Below are positions 1-8,714 of a stretch of DNA of 53,482 nucleotides, piece after piece (within the stretch, counting starts at the first letter, position 1; each line of letters starts with the position of its first letter). The stretch spans positions 767-54,248 of the forward strand of contig MFLD01000043.1 in the NCBI GenBank assembly GCA_001781465.1, written 5' to 3'. The position numbers were made by a program, and so were the translations under genes. This DNA comes from Candidatus Kaiserbacteria bacterium RIFCSPHIGHO2_02_FULL_49_16 (lineage in GTDB: Bacteria; Patescibacteriota; Minisyncoccia; Phycocordibacterales; UBA2100). A model generated the notes under the pieces. The model did no database searches. It was not told where the DNA came from and worked only from the letters and a program-made list of their open reading frames with translations.

Positions 1-136
1 AGTTACGCTTAAAAGGATTTATAAAGAAAAGGATCGAATAAAATTAGTTCCAGCAAATCACAAAATGAAGCCCTTTTACGAGACAAATGTCGAAATACAA
101 GGAAAGGTTGTCGGGGTACTTAGGAAAGAGCTCTAA
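1..136 (+). CDS. lexA: LexA/S24 peptidase-family repressor, C-terminal fragment (5' truncated by window edge)
   Basis: Frame 2 reads VTLKRIYKEKDRIKLVPANHKMKPFYETNVEIQGKVVGVLRKEL*; the TLKR, L.PAN and IQGKVVG motifs are typical of the LexA/S24 C-terminus. Not in the ORF track. Confidence 0.8.
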   Translation, partial: VTLKRIYKEKDRIKLVPANHKMKPFYETNVEIQGKVVGVLRKEL

Positions 137-162
137 TAAATGGTAAAATAAATTGAGAATTT

Positions 163-1308
163 ATGAAAAAAAAGGAGATCAAATTTAAATTAGCAGAATT
201 ATTCTCCGGTCCGGGTGGGCTCGCTCTCGGAGCAGTCCGGTCTTTTGCTGAAAATAAAGATACTATCTATGGTATCGAGCCTGTTTGGGCAAACGATTAC
301 GATGCTGATACCTGCAAAACATATGCTCGTAATATTCATGATGGAAATGAAGAAAGTGTCGTTTGTGCTCCTGTTCAGGAAATAGATTTTAAAAAAGTAC
401 CAAAGTTTGATGTACTTGCTTTTGGCTTTCCTTGCAATGATTTTAGTGTTGTTGGGGAACAAAAAGGATTCGATGGAAAATTTGGCCCTCTCTACTCTCA
501 TGGAGTCAGAGCCATAAATACTCATAATCCAAAATGGTTTATTGCAGAGAATGTTAGTGGCTTGCAGAGCGCAAATGGAGGTAACGCTTTCAAACAAATT
601 TTGAAAGACCTCGGTTCAGCAGGAAGGGGTTATGTTCTCACGCCACATTTATATAGATTCGAAGAGTATGGAGTACCGCAACAAAGGCATCGCATTGTCA
701 TTATCGGCATAAGAAAAGATTTGGGCTTGAGATTCAAGGTTCCTGCTCCGACTACAAAAAATAATTATGTGAGTGCGCGCGAAGCAATAGAAAATCCGCG
801 AATATCAGATGACGCGCAAAATCATGAGCTTACTAAACAATCTGCGGGCGTTGTTGAGCGACTAAAACATATTCCTGCCGGAGAAAATGCTTGGTATGAG
901 GGTATACCCCAACATTTGAGATTAAACGTAAAAGGTGCTCGCATGAGTCAGATTTATAAACGGCTAGACCCCAAAAAGCCTTCTTACACCATCACAGGGA
1001 GTGGAGGCGGTGGAACACATGTTTACCACTGGTCAGAGCATCGCGCACTAACAAACCGAGAAAGAGCACGACTCCAATCTTTCCCCGATAGTTTTGTATT
1101 TGAAGGTTCAAAGGAAAGTGCAAGGAAACAAATTGGTATGGCAGTGCCTCCTGTCGGAGCACAGGCCGTGATTTCTGCCGTCCTAAAAACTTTTGCAGGA
1201 ATCCCTTATGAATTTGTTGAGTCAAAAATGACTAATGGAGAAACTAACTCACAAGAGATAGCGAGTTTATTTGATGGAGTAGAGGTGGGAGCTAGAGTTG
1301 CTTTATAA
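163..1308 (+). CDS. dcm: DNA (cytosine-5)-methyltransferase of a type II R-M system
   Basis: C5-MTase motifs: ELFSGPGG (I), GFPCNDFS (IV), ENV (VI), QQRHR (VIII), RERARLQSFPD (IX), QIGMAVPP (X). Confidence 0.95.
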   Translation: MKKKEIKFKLAELFSGPGGLALGAVRSFAENKDTIYGIEPVWANDYDADTCKTYARNIHDGNEESVVCAPVQEIDFKKVPKFDVLAFGFPCNDFSVVGEQKGFDGKFGPLYSHGVRAINTHNPKWFIAENVSGLQSANGGNAFKQILKDLGSAGRGYVLTPHLYRFEEYGVPQQRHRIVIIGIRKDLGLRFKVPAPTTKNNYVSAREAIENPRISDDAQNHELTKQSAGVVERLKHIPAGENAWYEGIPQHLRLNVKGARMSQIYKRLDPKKPSYTITGSGGGGTHVYHWSEHRALTNRERARLQSFPDSFVFEGSKESARKQIGMAVPPVGAQAVISAVLKTFAGIPYEFVESKMTNGETNSQEIASLFDGVEVGARVAL

Positions 1309-2131
1309 GCTCTTCCCAATCTTTCTTTGATTTTCTCAAGAGACCGGACTCTTTAACAAATCGCACGCCGTCAAATTCCTGTCCGGGAATTGATTTTGTT
1401 TCTCTCAAGTCAGTGTAGTGACACCAGCCCACAACCTCACAGGGTATATTTATAAAGTCGGGCATTAAATCTTTATATTTTGAATAATGGGGCTTATTCT
1501 TTACAGCCTCATTCACTTCCTCCTTGGTTAGTCTTAAAAGATGGTCATCGGGAATATTCGGGCGACAATAGATATAAATATCTGATCTACGCTCTTTTAT
1601 CCTTATCTCATTTTCTCCGAGTACCAAGAAGGCACTTTTTGGTTTAGACGACTTTATGCCGATACCTATTTTAGGCGTTCTCATCCTCCCATTGTCCTTA
1701 ACAGCAGTAATGTCCTGCAAAACAATTTTATCGCGAATATCAAAATCGAGTTCAATATCTAAATTAAACTCTCTTTTTAAGAATTTCTTTACAGCAACTT
1801 CTCCAAGTTGTCCTTTGACCCAATTTGTTATTTTTTGTCCAAACTCCCTTTGTCGTCCAGTACCAAAATCTGATTGCACATAATTGCGAAAGTGTTGTGC
1901 GAGTGCAAAATCTAAACACAGGGCATAGTCGTCTTTACTCAAGTCAACGGTTCTCCATGCCAGACTGTCCTTCCATTTTCGCAAAGTAGTCTCATCAAAG
2001 TAAAAGCGACCTCTACCACCATTCCTGTCGACGCATGGGAATTCAGCCGCATTTTTGAAGTAGTTATCAAAAGTCTTGTCATCAAGACCGAGAAATTCAA
2101 TGGCTTCTTTTTTGGTTAATAATTTTGACAT
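1292..2131 (-). CDS. Putative restriction endonuclease with N-terminal excisionase-like HTH
   Basis: Convergent with and overlapping the MTase by 17 bp. N-terminus LLTKKEAIEFLGL...RFYF...LRKWK is HTH_17-like; KGQLGEVAV...D...IGIKSS resembles a PD-(D/E)xK core; AT-rich. Confidence 0.6.
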   Translation of the reverse strand: MSKLLTKKEAIEFLGLDDKTFDNYFKNAAEFPCVDRNGGRGRFYFDETTLRKWKDSLAWRTVDLSKDDYALCLDFALAQHFRNYVQSDFGTGRQREFGQKITNWVKGQLGEVAVKKFLKREFNLDIELDFDIRDKIVLQDITAVKDNGRMRTPKIGIGIKSSKPKSAFLVLGENEIRIKERRSDIYIYCRPNIPDDHLLRLTKEEVNEAVKNKPHYSKYKDLMPDFINIPCEVVGWCHYTDLRETKSIPGQEFDGVRFVKESGLLRKSKKDWEELIKQL

Positions 2132-2186
2132 GATTTTTATTTTAACCTAAGAACCCTTATTTTATTTCGGTTCAAAGTTGGAAATC

Positions 2187-2276
2187 TGGCGGAGAGGGAG
2201 GGATTCGAACCCTCGGACCAGTTTCCCGGTCAACACATTAGCAGTGTGTTGCATTCGACCGCTCTGCCACCTCTCC
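2187..2276 (-). tRNA. tRNA-Ser(GCT)
   Basis: Reverse complement GGAGAGGTGGCAGAGCGG...ACACA-CT-GCT-AA-TGTGT, long variable arm, GGTTCGAATCC T-arm, encoded CCA. Confidence 0.96.
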
Positions 2277-2375
2277 GTATTTCTCTGCCTTGCGCTCTAC
2301 AATATCACATGGCACGACCTAAATGTACGATTAGAGCGCCGGAACAAAAACAGCTCCTTCACGGGTACGTTTTTC

Positions 2376-2463
2376 TGGCGGAGAGGGGGAGATTCGAACT
2401 CCCGATGCCTTGCGGCATGGCGGTTTTCGAAACCGCTCGTTTCAACCACTCACGCACCTCTCC
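2376..2463 (-). tRNA. tRNA-Ser(CGA)
   Basis: Reverse complement GGAGAGGTGCGTGAGTGG...GCGGT-TT-CGA-AA-ACCGC, long variable arm, GTTCGAATC, encoded CCA. Confidence 0.96.
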
Positions 2464-2632
2464 ATGCCCGCCCGAAGGCGGGTCCGGGCGAGCAGTTGCG
2501 ATGCAACCGCTTGAGCCCTTTGACGAGTGCGCTGCACCCGCCACATTTTGAATGAACTGACTTCGGGAACAATATCATTTATTTTGCTATTCAGCCAAAA
2601 TAATCGTAGTATTACTTTGCTTTTCGGTTTTC

Positions 2633-2662
2633 CTAGAAGCTAGAAGCTCGAACCTAGAAGCT
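2633..2662. repeat. Heptamer tandem repeat (CTAGAAG)n
   Basis: ctagaag ctagaag ctcgaac ctagaag ct, followed directly by the hairpin tccgccagctggcgga (2663-2678). Confidence 0.7.
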
Positions 2663-2681
2663 TCCGCCAGCTGGCGGATAC

Positions 2682-2753
2682 GGCCCTATCGTCTAATGGT
2701 TAGGACGCCGGCTTTTCAAGCCGTTAATCCGAGTTCGATTCTCGGTAGGGTCA
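2682..2753 (+). tRNA. tRNA-Glu(TTC)
   Basis: GGCCCTA/TAGGGTC acceptor stem, D-arm GTCTAATGGTTAGGAC, anticodon loop TT-TTC-AA, T-arm CCGAG-TTCGATT-CTCGG; CCA not encoded. Confidence 0.94.
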
Positions 2754-2780
2754 GCGCATGATTTAGACAGATATGTAGGA

Positions 2781-2948
2781 TATGAAAGGTTTTAAACCCC
2801 AGGGCAAGCCTTGGACCAGATTTCGTCGAGACATGCTCGACGAAATCATTCCGCGGCAAGCCGCGGGGTTTTAAACCTTTGCTGTCTGCGCCGCAGGGAT
2901 GTGAAAGAGGGTACTCTTTCACTTCACTCGCTATCCTTGACAGATAAA
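2781..2948 (+). repeat. ~170-nt structured repeat element, copy 1
   Basis: Collinear with 7386-7556 and the reverse complement of 8524-8694; several hairpins with compensatory changes. Confidence 0.9.
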
Positions 2949-3105
2949 TCCCACGGTTCCTTTACACTAGTTTAATTATCTATTCTCTTATTCTCACGAA
3001 TTAGACAATAGTAAGAGTTAAAGCTCCATATACATAAGCTTGAAGCAAGGAAGGTGGGGTTGATTACAATTTCTTAGGGTTTTGAACACTGTATTTTCTC
3101 GCGCA

Positions 3106-3141
3106 ATCTATTCCAGTCTTTTGCAAAAGATTGGAATAGAT
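3106..3141. repeat. CTAT...TTTTGCAAAA...ATAG palindrome
   Basis: atctattccagtcttttgcaaaagattggaatagat; same length and termini as 5030-5061. Confidence 0.8.
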
Positions 3142-3176
3142 AAAATCACCCGTCAGAATAAGATATAATACAAAAC

Positions 3177-3911
3177 ATGCCCCGAGTTCCTCCGGTTTCA
3201 ATCGTCATCCCCGCATTGAATGAGGAGAGATATCTTCCCGGCCTGCTTGAATCGCTGGCTAATGTGAGAGAGCCGATGGGTGTCATCGTCGTCGACGGAA
3301 ATTCTTCTGACAAAACAATAGAGGTTGCTCGCTCGTTTGAATCGCGATTTTCTGCACCCTCGTCACTGCTAGTCATTTCATCTGAACGAGGGATTTCTCG
3401 GCAACGCAATGCAGGCGCTGCTGTGGCCAAAAATGAAATTCTAGCGTTCCTGGACGCCGACATCATAATTCCTTCGCGAGAACAGTACGTTGCGTTAATC
3501 TCGACGTTTGCGAAATACAATTACTCCGTTGCAATGCCTCACATTATAGCCCGCGAACCTATGTGGCAGGCGCGTTTGATTTATAGTGCGTACGACATAT
3601 GGGTACGATTCTTTATGTTCTTCGGCAAGCCACATTTCGCTGGCGCATGCCTCTTGACAACAAAAACAGTTTTTAACGCAATTGGCGGATTTGATACCAC
3701 GTTATCTGTTGCGGAGGATGTTAATTACTCGGTCAGAGCAGCGAAGATGAAGTTCGCAGGGATATTACCGGTACGAATTCCCGTTTCCGCACGCCGATTA
3801 ATCCGCGATGGATATAGAAAAATGTTCTGGACGTATCTGCGTGAGGGATTTATTTTCGCAGTAACTGGCAAGGGCTTTAAGAAAATACCGTATCCATTTG
3901 GGGAATACTAA
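3177..3911 (+). CDS. Glycosyltransferase family 2
   Basis: VSIVIPALNEE, VVDGNSSD, RNAGA, FLDAD (DxD), GGFD and ED motifs. Confidence 0.92.
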   Translation: MPRVPPVSIVIPALNEERYLPGLLESLANVREPMGVIVVDGNSSDKTIEVARSFESRFSAPSSLLVISSERGISRQRNAGAAVAKNEILAFLDADIIIPSREQYVALISTFAKYNYSVAMPHIIAREPMWQARLIYSAYDIWVRFFMFFGKPHFAGACLLTTKTVFNAIGGFDTTLSVAEDVNYSVRAAKMKFAGILPVRIPVSARRLIRDGYRKMFWTYLREGFIFAVTGKGFKKIPYPFGEY

Positions 3912-3919
3912 GAAGCTCT

Positions 3920-3966
3920 CATCCGCAGGCCATCCTCAAGTTTAATCTGCGGATGGCCTGCGGATG
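3920..3966. terminator. 16-bp inverted repeat after the GT2 gene (terminator-like or REP-like)
   Basis: catccgcaggccatcc ... ggatggcctgcggatg; no clear U-tract. Confidence 0.4.
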
Positions 3967-4017
3967 CAACGCTGATTGACCGGTTTCATATGGCTGATAG
4001 GATTAGGTGAAATCGCT

Positions 4018-4962
4018 ATGAAACTCCCGAAGGATATACTTACAATCCCGCAATTAAGCCGCCAAAACATTGAGCGGATTTTGTCGGATGCCTTCAGATT
4101 CAAGGAATACAAAGGCGCGCCGAAGGCGCGCGACCAGGTCCTGGAGGGAAAATCTATCGCTCTCATATTTGAGAAGAACTCCCTACGCACCAGAGTTGCT
4201 TTTGAGACAGCCATCAGCGCTCTCGGAGGTCACCCGATCTTTTTGGCAGGAGACAATATATTGTATAGGGCAAAGAGCGACACAAGCCGTGAGAGCATCG
4301 GCGACATCACGCAAAATCTTGACCGCCTCGCGCATGGGATTGCCGCGCGCGTCAACAATCATAAATCGCTGACCGACATCGCCGGGTACTCCAAAAATCC
4401 AGTGATAAATCTGTTATGTAACGAGCATCATCCGACACAGGCTCTCGCGGACTTAATGACGATACAATGGCACAAGGGAAAAACTACCGGGCTGAAAGTG
4501 GCGTTTATCGGGGATGGGAATAATGTCGCCACATCGCTTATGGATATCTGCGCCGTCATGGGAATGGATTTCTCCATCGGGAGCCCGGCCGGTTACGAGA
4601 TACCGAGAAAATTCCAGGACATCGCGAGAAGCATCGCCGCCCAGTCCAATTCTAAATTGGAATTTACTAATGACCCGAAAAAGGCAGCCGCAGGAGCCGA
4701 TGTCATTTACACCGATACATTCGTATCAATGGGCAATGAGGCGGAAAGCAAAAAGCGCACCGGCGATTTCAAGGCATACCAAGTCAACGCGGAAACAATG
4801 AAATGCGCGAAAGACGACGCGATTTTCATGCACTGCCTGCCGGCGCACCGCGGAGATGAAGTTGCGGCGGAGGTCATAGACAGCAAGCAATCCGTCGTGT
4901 TTGACCAAGCCGAGTGCCGCCTTCACATCGCGAAATCGCTTCTCTACTTGCTCTATAAATAG
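4018..4962 (+). CDS. argF: Ornithine carbamoyltransferase
   Basis: FEKNSLRTR, HPTQ, GDGNNVA, SMG and FMHCLP motifs; ATG 4018 preferred over TTG 3976. Confidence 0.93.
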   Translation: MKLPKDILTIPQLSRQNIERILSDAFRFKEYKGAPKARDQVLEGKSIALIFEKNSLRTRVAFETAISALGGHPIFLAGDNILYRAKSDTSRESIGDITQNLDRLAHGIAARVNNHKSLTDIAGYSKNPVINLLCNEHHPTQALADLMTIQWHKGKTTGLKVAFIGDGNNVATSLMDICAVMGMDFSIGSPAGYEIPRKFQDIARSIAAQSNSKLEFTNDPKKAAAGADVIYTDTFVSMGNEAESKKRTGDFKAYQVNAETMKCAKDDAIFMHCLPAHRGDEVAAEVIDSKQSVVFDQAECRLHIAKSLLYLLYK

Positions 4963-4969
4963 GTATTTT

Positions 4970-4996
4970 ACGGCTCAGACCCCCCGTCTGAGCCGT
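4970..4996. terminator. Hairpin between convergent argF and pdxT
   Basis: acggctcagac-ccccc-gtctgagccgt, 11-bp stem just after the argF stop. Confidence 0.5.
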
Positions 4997-5026
4997 TAGA
5001 ATTTAGAGTTTGATCTCTCTCCCTGC

Positions 5027-5064
5027 AATCTATTCTAGTATTTTGCAAAATACTAGAATAGATT
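5027..5064. repeat. 38-bp perfect palindrome (CTAT...ATAG family)
   Basis: aatctattctagtattttgcaaaatactagaatagatt. Confidence 0.85.
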
Positions 5065-5073
5065 TGGTATTCC

Positions 5074-5679
5074 CTACGGTCGTGGGGCCGCAAAAATCCT
5101 TCTCAAAAAATGCTCGTGAAAAAGCGTGGTGGTAAGTTCAGGGTGAAAAGCAAGCGCCAGATAATACTTCCCTTTTGATTCTTCTTCGCACGCGATTATT
5201 TCGCCGTTGTATTTTGCAAGCACTTTTACATTCTTGCCGACTCTAGTGATTTTCGGAGCGCGAATAAAAAAGGCGTGCATCTCGCCGAGGGACGTTTTGA
5301 TTTCCGCTTCAAACGATTCGTTTTGCCTGCCGTAGGCATTCCTCGCGACTTCAATATCCATGAGTTCGAGCGTCTCTTGGTCCTTCGTTTTATTCCGCGC
5401 GTTTTTGGAAAGCATGATAGCTCCCGCGCATGTGCCCAATATATTTCTTATCTTTTTTATTTCTCCGAAAATTCCTTCTCTTTGGCACAATTTATAGAAC
5501 GTCGTGCTTTCGCCCCCAGGCAAAATCAAGCCGTTCAAACCAGCGAGGTCTTTTTTCTCCCGCACGGCAACGACATCAACGTCCTTGCGCAATTTTTTGG
5601 CGGCATCTTTTACCGCTTCAATATGCTCCGAAACATCACCTTGAAACGCAAGCACGCCTACTGTAAATTTCTTGTTCAC
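5074..5679 (-). CDS. pdxT: Pyridoxal 5'-phosphate synthase glutaminase subunit
   Basis: GVLAFQG, PGGEST, GTCAG, RNAYGRQ, FIRAP, FHPE; GTG start at 5679, 4 bp after the pdxS stop. Confidence 0.95.
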   Translation of the reverse strand: MNKKFTVGVLAFQGDVSEHIEAVKDAAKKLRKDVDVVAVREKKDLAGLNGLILPGGESTTFYKLCQREGIFGEIKKIRNILGTCAGAIMLSKNARNKTKDQETLELMDIEVARNAYGRQNESFEAEIKTSLGEMHAFFIRAPKITRVGKNVKVLAKYNGEIIACEEESKGKYYLALAFHPELTTTLFHEHFLRRIFAAPRP

Positions 5680-5683
5680 TGTT

Positions 5684-6592
5684 TTAGATTCCGCGTTCCG
5701 CGTATTTAGTGGAAAGTGTCGCAATTTCCAGCCCGGCCATTGCATCGCCCAACCCCTTGCCCGCCTCCGCGATTTTTTTCTTGTCGGCATAGTGCGCTGT
5801 CGCGTCAACTATTGCTTTCGCGCGCCTGATTGGATTACTGCTTTTGAATATACCGGAGCCGACGAAGATGCCGTCCACTCCCAACTGCATGCACAGCGCG
5901 GCGTCGGCCGGCGTCGCGATTCCTCCGGCCGCGAAATTGACGACTGGCAGTCTCCCCAATTTCGCGATGGTGACAAGCAAATTTGGCGGCACTCGGTATT
6001 CAATCGCTTTTTCTTTCAGTTTTTTCATCTGCTTCTTGTGCAAATATTCTGTAATTTCCGCAATGCCATTTGCGACCGCGCGGATGTGGCGCACGGCCTC
6101 AACAATATTCCCGCTTCCGGCTTCGCCTTTCGTGCGTATCATCGCGGCGCCTTCGCGCAAGCGCCGCACCGCCTCGCCCAGATTGCGCGCACCGCAAACG
6201 AATGGAATCGTGAATTTTGTTTTATCAATATGGAATTCCTCGTCTGCCGGAGTCAAAACCTCGCTCTCGTCTATGTAGTCGACTTCAAGCGCCTCAAGAA
6301 CCTGCGCCTCTACGAAATGTCCTATCCTGCATTTTGCCATCACGGGAATTGTCACCGCCTTCTGGATGCCGATTATCATTTCCGGATCCGACATTCTCGC
6401 GACTCCGCCCTGCGAGCGGATGTCCGAAGGCACGCGCTCAAGCGCCATGACGGCCACCGCTCCCGCATCCTCGGCGATTTTTGCCTGCTCGGCGTTCGTC
6501 ACATCCATGATTACGCCGCCTTTAAGCATGCGCGCCAAGCCCGTCTTCAATTCAAATGTCCCCTTTGCTTGTTTGGAGTTTTTCCCTTTCAT
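5684..6592 (-). CDS. pdxS: Pyridoxal 5'-phosphate synthase lyase subunit
   Basis: [49 protein letters not shown]; start trimmed to ATG 6592. Confidence 0.97.
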   Translation of the reverse strand: MKGKNSKQAKGTFELKTGLARMLKGGVIMDVTNAEQAKIAEDAGAVAVMALERVPSDIRSQGGVARMSDPEMIIGIQKAVTIPVMAKCRIGHFVEAQVLEALEVDYIDESEVLTPADEEFHIDKTKFTIPFVCGARNLGEAVRRLREGAAMIRTKGEAGSGNIVEAVRHIRAVANGIAEITEYLHKKQMKKLKEKAIEYRVPPNLLVTIAKLGRLPVVNFAAGGIATPADAALCMQLGVDGIFVGSGIFKSSNPIRRAKAIVDATAHYADKKKIAEAGKGLGDAMAGLEIATLSTKYAERGI

Positions 6593-6634
6593 AGCCAAAA
6601 ACAAAATATACCCGCTCGCGGGCGATATAGCAAG

Positions 6635-6678
6635 ATTCAAGGTGCGACCTTGGGTATTTTTAAGGTCGCACCTTGAAT
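6635..6678. repeat. Pair of AAGGTnnnACCTT REP-like units forming an inverted repeat
   Basis: attcaaggtgcgacctt-gggtattttt-aaggtcgcaccttgaat. Confidence 0.75.
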
Positions 6679-6741
6679 ACATTCTCAACAAATGCAATTC
6701 CAGCTGGAAAAGTCCAGCAATTCCTGTATCTTTGGATGTCC

Positions 6742-7374
6742 ATGCACGATATAGGAAAATCAATCTCAATACTTAAGCGCGACAAGCGCTTCGCGCTACT
6801 TATCAAAAAGCACGGGATTCCTAACAGAGCAAAGAGGAAAAATCCTTTTCAATCTCTTGTTCGTTCAATTATCTATCAGCAGGTTTCGGGCAGAGCCGCG
6901 GCGACCATACTTGCTCGTTTTATTAAATTATGTCCGAAGGGCAAGTTCCCAACACCTAAAGCAGTTCGCGATATCTTGATCGAAAAAATGCGCGGGGCGG
7001 GACTTTCGTCACAAAAAGCATCTTACATAAAAGACCTCGCTATAAAATTTTCTGACGGGACAATAAAGCACCGCTCGCTCCATAGAATGACCAACTCAGA
7101 AATAGTGAAGCATCTAACGCAAGTAAAAGGCATCGGCGTCTGGACCGTGCATATGTTTCTTATAGCCACAATGAATCGACCAGATGTACTTCCTACTGGC
7201 GACCTCGGCATCCGCAAAGGCTTCCAGGTGGTTTATCAACTCAAGGATTTGCCCAGTCACGAGAAAATGGAAAAGTTCGCGGCGCCGTGGCGTGCGCATG
7301 CATCGCTTGCATCTTGGTACTTGTGGCGTGTGGCTGACGAAACAAAATCTAATAAGTCGGGAGTTAAGAAATAA
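6742..7374 (+). CDS. alkA: DNA-3-methyladenine glycosylase II (HhH-GPD)
   Basis: [25 protein letters not shown] (HhH), [13 protein letters not shown]...ASWYLW; start 6736 or 6742. Confidence 0.9.
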   Translation: MHDIGKSISILKRDKRFALLIKKHGIPNRAKRKNPFQSLVRSIIYQQVSGRAAATILARFIKLCPKGKFPTPKAVRDILIEKMRGAGLSSQKASYIKDLAIKFSDGTIKHRSLHRMTNSEIVKHLTQVKGIGVWTVHMFLIATMNRPDVLPTGDLGIRKGFQVVYQLKDLPSHEKMEKFAAPWRAHASLASWYLWRVADETKSNKSGVKK

Positions 7375-7385
7375 GAGTTATGAAA

Positions 7386-7556
7386 TATGAAAGGTTTCAA
7401 ACCCCAGGGCAAGCCCTGGACCCGAACCCGCGCAAGACATGTCTTGCGCGGGTTCATTCCGCGGCAAGCCGCGGGGTTTTTCACCTTTGCTGTCTGCGAC
7501 GCTCGGAAGTGAAAGAGAGTACTCTTTCACTTCACTCGCTATCCTCGACAGATAAA
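7386..7556 (+). repeat. ~170-nt structured repeat element, copy 2
   Basis: Highly similar to copy 3; contains the 32-bp perfect palindrome gaacccgcgcaagacatgtcttgcgcgggttc. Confidence 0.9.
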
Positions 7557-7563
7557 CATCGCG

Positions 7564-7609
7564 AATTTCCTTATGGGCTAATTCGCACGAATTAGCCCAT
7601 AAGGAAATT
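7564..7609. repeat. 46-bp palindrome (TATG..ATTCGCnCGAA..CATA family)
   Basis: 22-bp arms around CA; sister of 13062-13101. Confidence 0.85.
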
Positions 7610-7620
7610 GGAAAAGCGTT

Positions 7621-7881
7621 ATGAAATCGTTTAAAGAAAAAGTACTTGTTGTCGTTGCGAAAATACCCAAAGGGAAAACTTTGACATACAAAGAGGTTTC
7701 ACTGCGTGCGGGAAATGCTAGGGCATGCAGGGCCGTCGGAAATATCCTGAACAGAAATCGCGACCCGCGCATTCCATGCCACCGCGTCATTCGTTCAAAC
7801 GGAAAAATCGGCGGATACAATCGTGGCGGTAAAATTAAAATCAAGCTTTTGAAAGCAGAAAGCGCGGAGTGCGATAGATGA
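7621..7881 (+). CDS. ogt: Methylated-DNA--protein-cysteine methyltransferase (MGMT, C-terminal domain only)
   Basis: IPKGKTLTY, RAVG and the active-site IPCHRV motif. Confidence 0.9.
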   Translation: MKSFKEKVLVVVAKIPKGKTLTYKEVSLRAGNARACRAVGNILNRNRDPRIPCHRVIRSNGKIGGYNRGGKIKIKLLKAESAECDR

Positions 7882-7898
7882 AAATGGCGACACCGGAC

Positions 7899-8441
7899 CT
7901 ATAATGCTTTGAAGTTCGTGCCAGCGACTCCGCCGTTAGGTCCGGAGATAAGGATGTCCTTGTGGAGGTCGAACTCTTTGTCGCCATCATCTACATAGAG
8001 AAGCGCCTGATATGATTCGCCCGCTACTGTCGCTCGCAAAAGAAACACGTTTACATTTTTATAACTTCCAGCTTCAAATCTGCCAGCGCCGAGAACGCGT
8101 CCGTCATTATCTCGAACTCCGACCCATCCCATTTCGGTAAGCGCTAGCGACGCAACCTGAACTTCAGAACCAGCTAACTGATCTCTCACGCTCACGGATT
8201 CGCCATTCACAGAAGTGGTAACGATGGAAGACGCTTCCTCTTTAACGCTCTCGTCAGTTGCGTATACCTCATCGGAAGCGGTTGAGTTTGAATCTTCGAT
8301 CAATATGCCATCTGATAGCTCGTTAACTAATGTTGTATTCAGCCCTTGTTTGTGGCCTAAATTCCACGCTACTGCGACCGACGCGATAACCACCACGATG
8401 GCCACCATTTGACTACTTTTGTTGTTCATGTCGATACTCAT
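7899..8441 (-). CDS. Hypothetical exported protein
   Basis: N-terminal hydrophobic anchor, S/T/acidic linker, beta-rich C-terminal domain. Confidence 0.75.
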   Translation of the reverse strand: MSIDMNNKSSQMVAIVVVIASVAVAWNLGHKQGLNTTLVNELSDGILIEDSNSTASDEVYATDESVKEEASSIVTTSVNGESVSVRDQLAGSEVQVASLALTEMGWVGVRDNDGRVLGAGRFEAGSYKNVNVFLLRATVAGESYQALLYVDDGDKEFDLHKDILISGPNGGVAGTNFKAL

Positions 8442-8523
8442 ATATAAGCTTCACTTGCCTAGAGTGTATTCAATCTCGCGCGAGAGTCAAACAAGTGGAA
8501 CCCCAAGACAAGGCAGCAGGAAT

Positions 8524-8694
8524 TTTATCTGTCGAGGATAGCAAGTGAAGTGAAAGAGTACTCTCTTTCACTCCCGAGCGTCGCAAACAGCAAAGGTGAA
8601 AAACCACGTAGCTTGCCGCGGAATGAACCCGCGCAAGACATGTCTTGCGCGGGTTCGCGACCAGGGTTTGCCCTGGGGTTTGAAACTTTCCATG
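8524..8694 (-). repeat. ~170-nt structured repeat element, copy 3
   Basis: Reverse complement matches copy 2 along its whole length. Confidence 0.9.
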
Positions 8695-8714
8695 AGTCCA
8701 CAGTGATTTGAACA

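Noticed and set aside
2178..2922. ORFs 2178-2555, 2246-2551, 2359-2544 and 2716-2922
   Set aside because: They overlap tRNA genes and repeat DNA and have no protein motifs.
5684..5705. ACGCGGA repeat at the end of pdxS as an inserted element
   Set aside because: It encodes YAERGI, matching the conserved PdxS C-terminal ERG motif.
5672..6676. 334-aa plus-strand ORF
   Set aside because: Antisense shadow of pdxS.
7386..8694. Composite transposon formed by inverted copies 2 and 3 around ogt
   Set aside because: No transposase or target duplication seen; the orientation is explained by each copy following its upstream gene.
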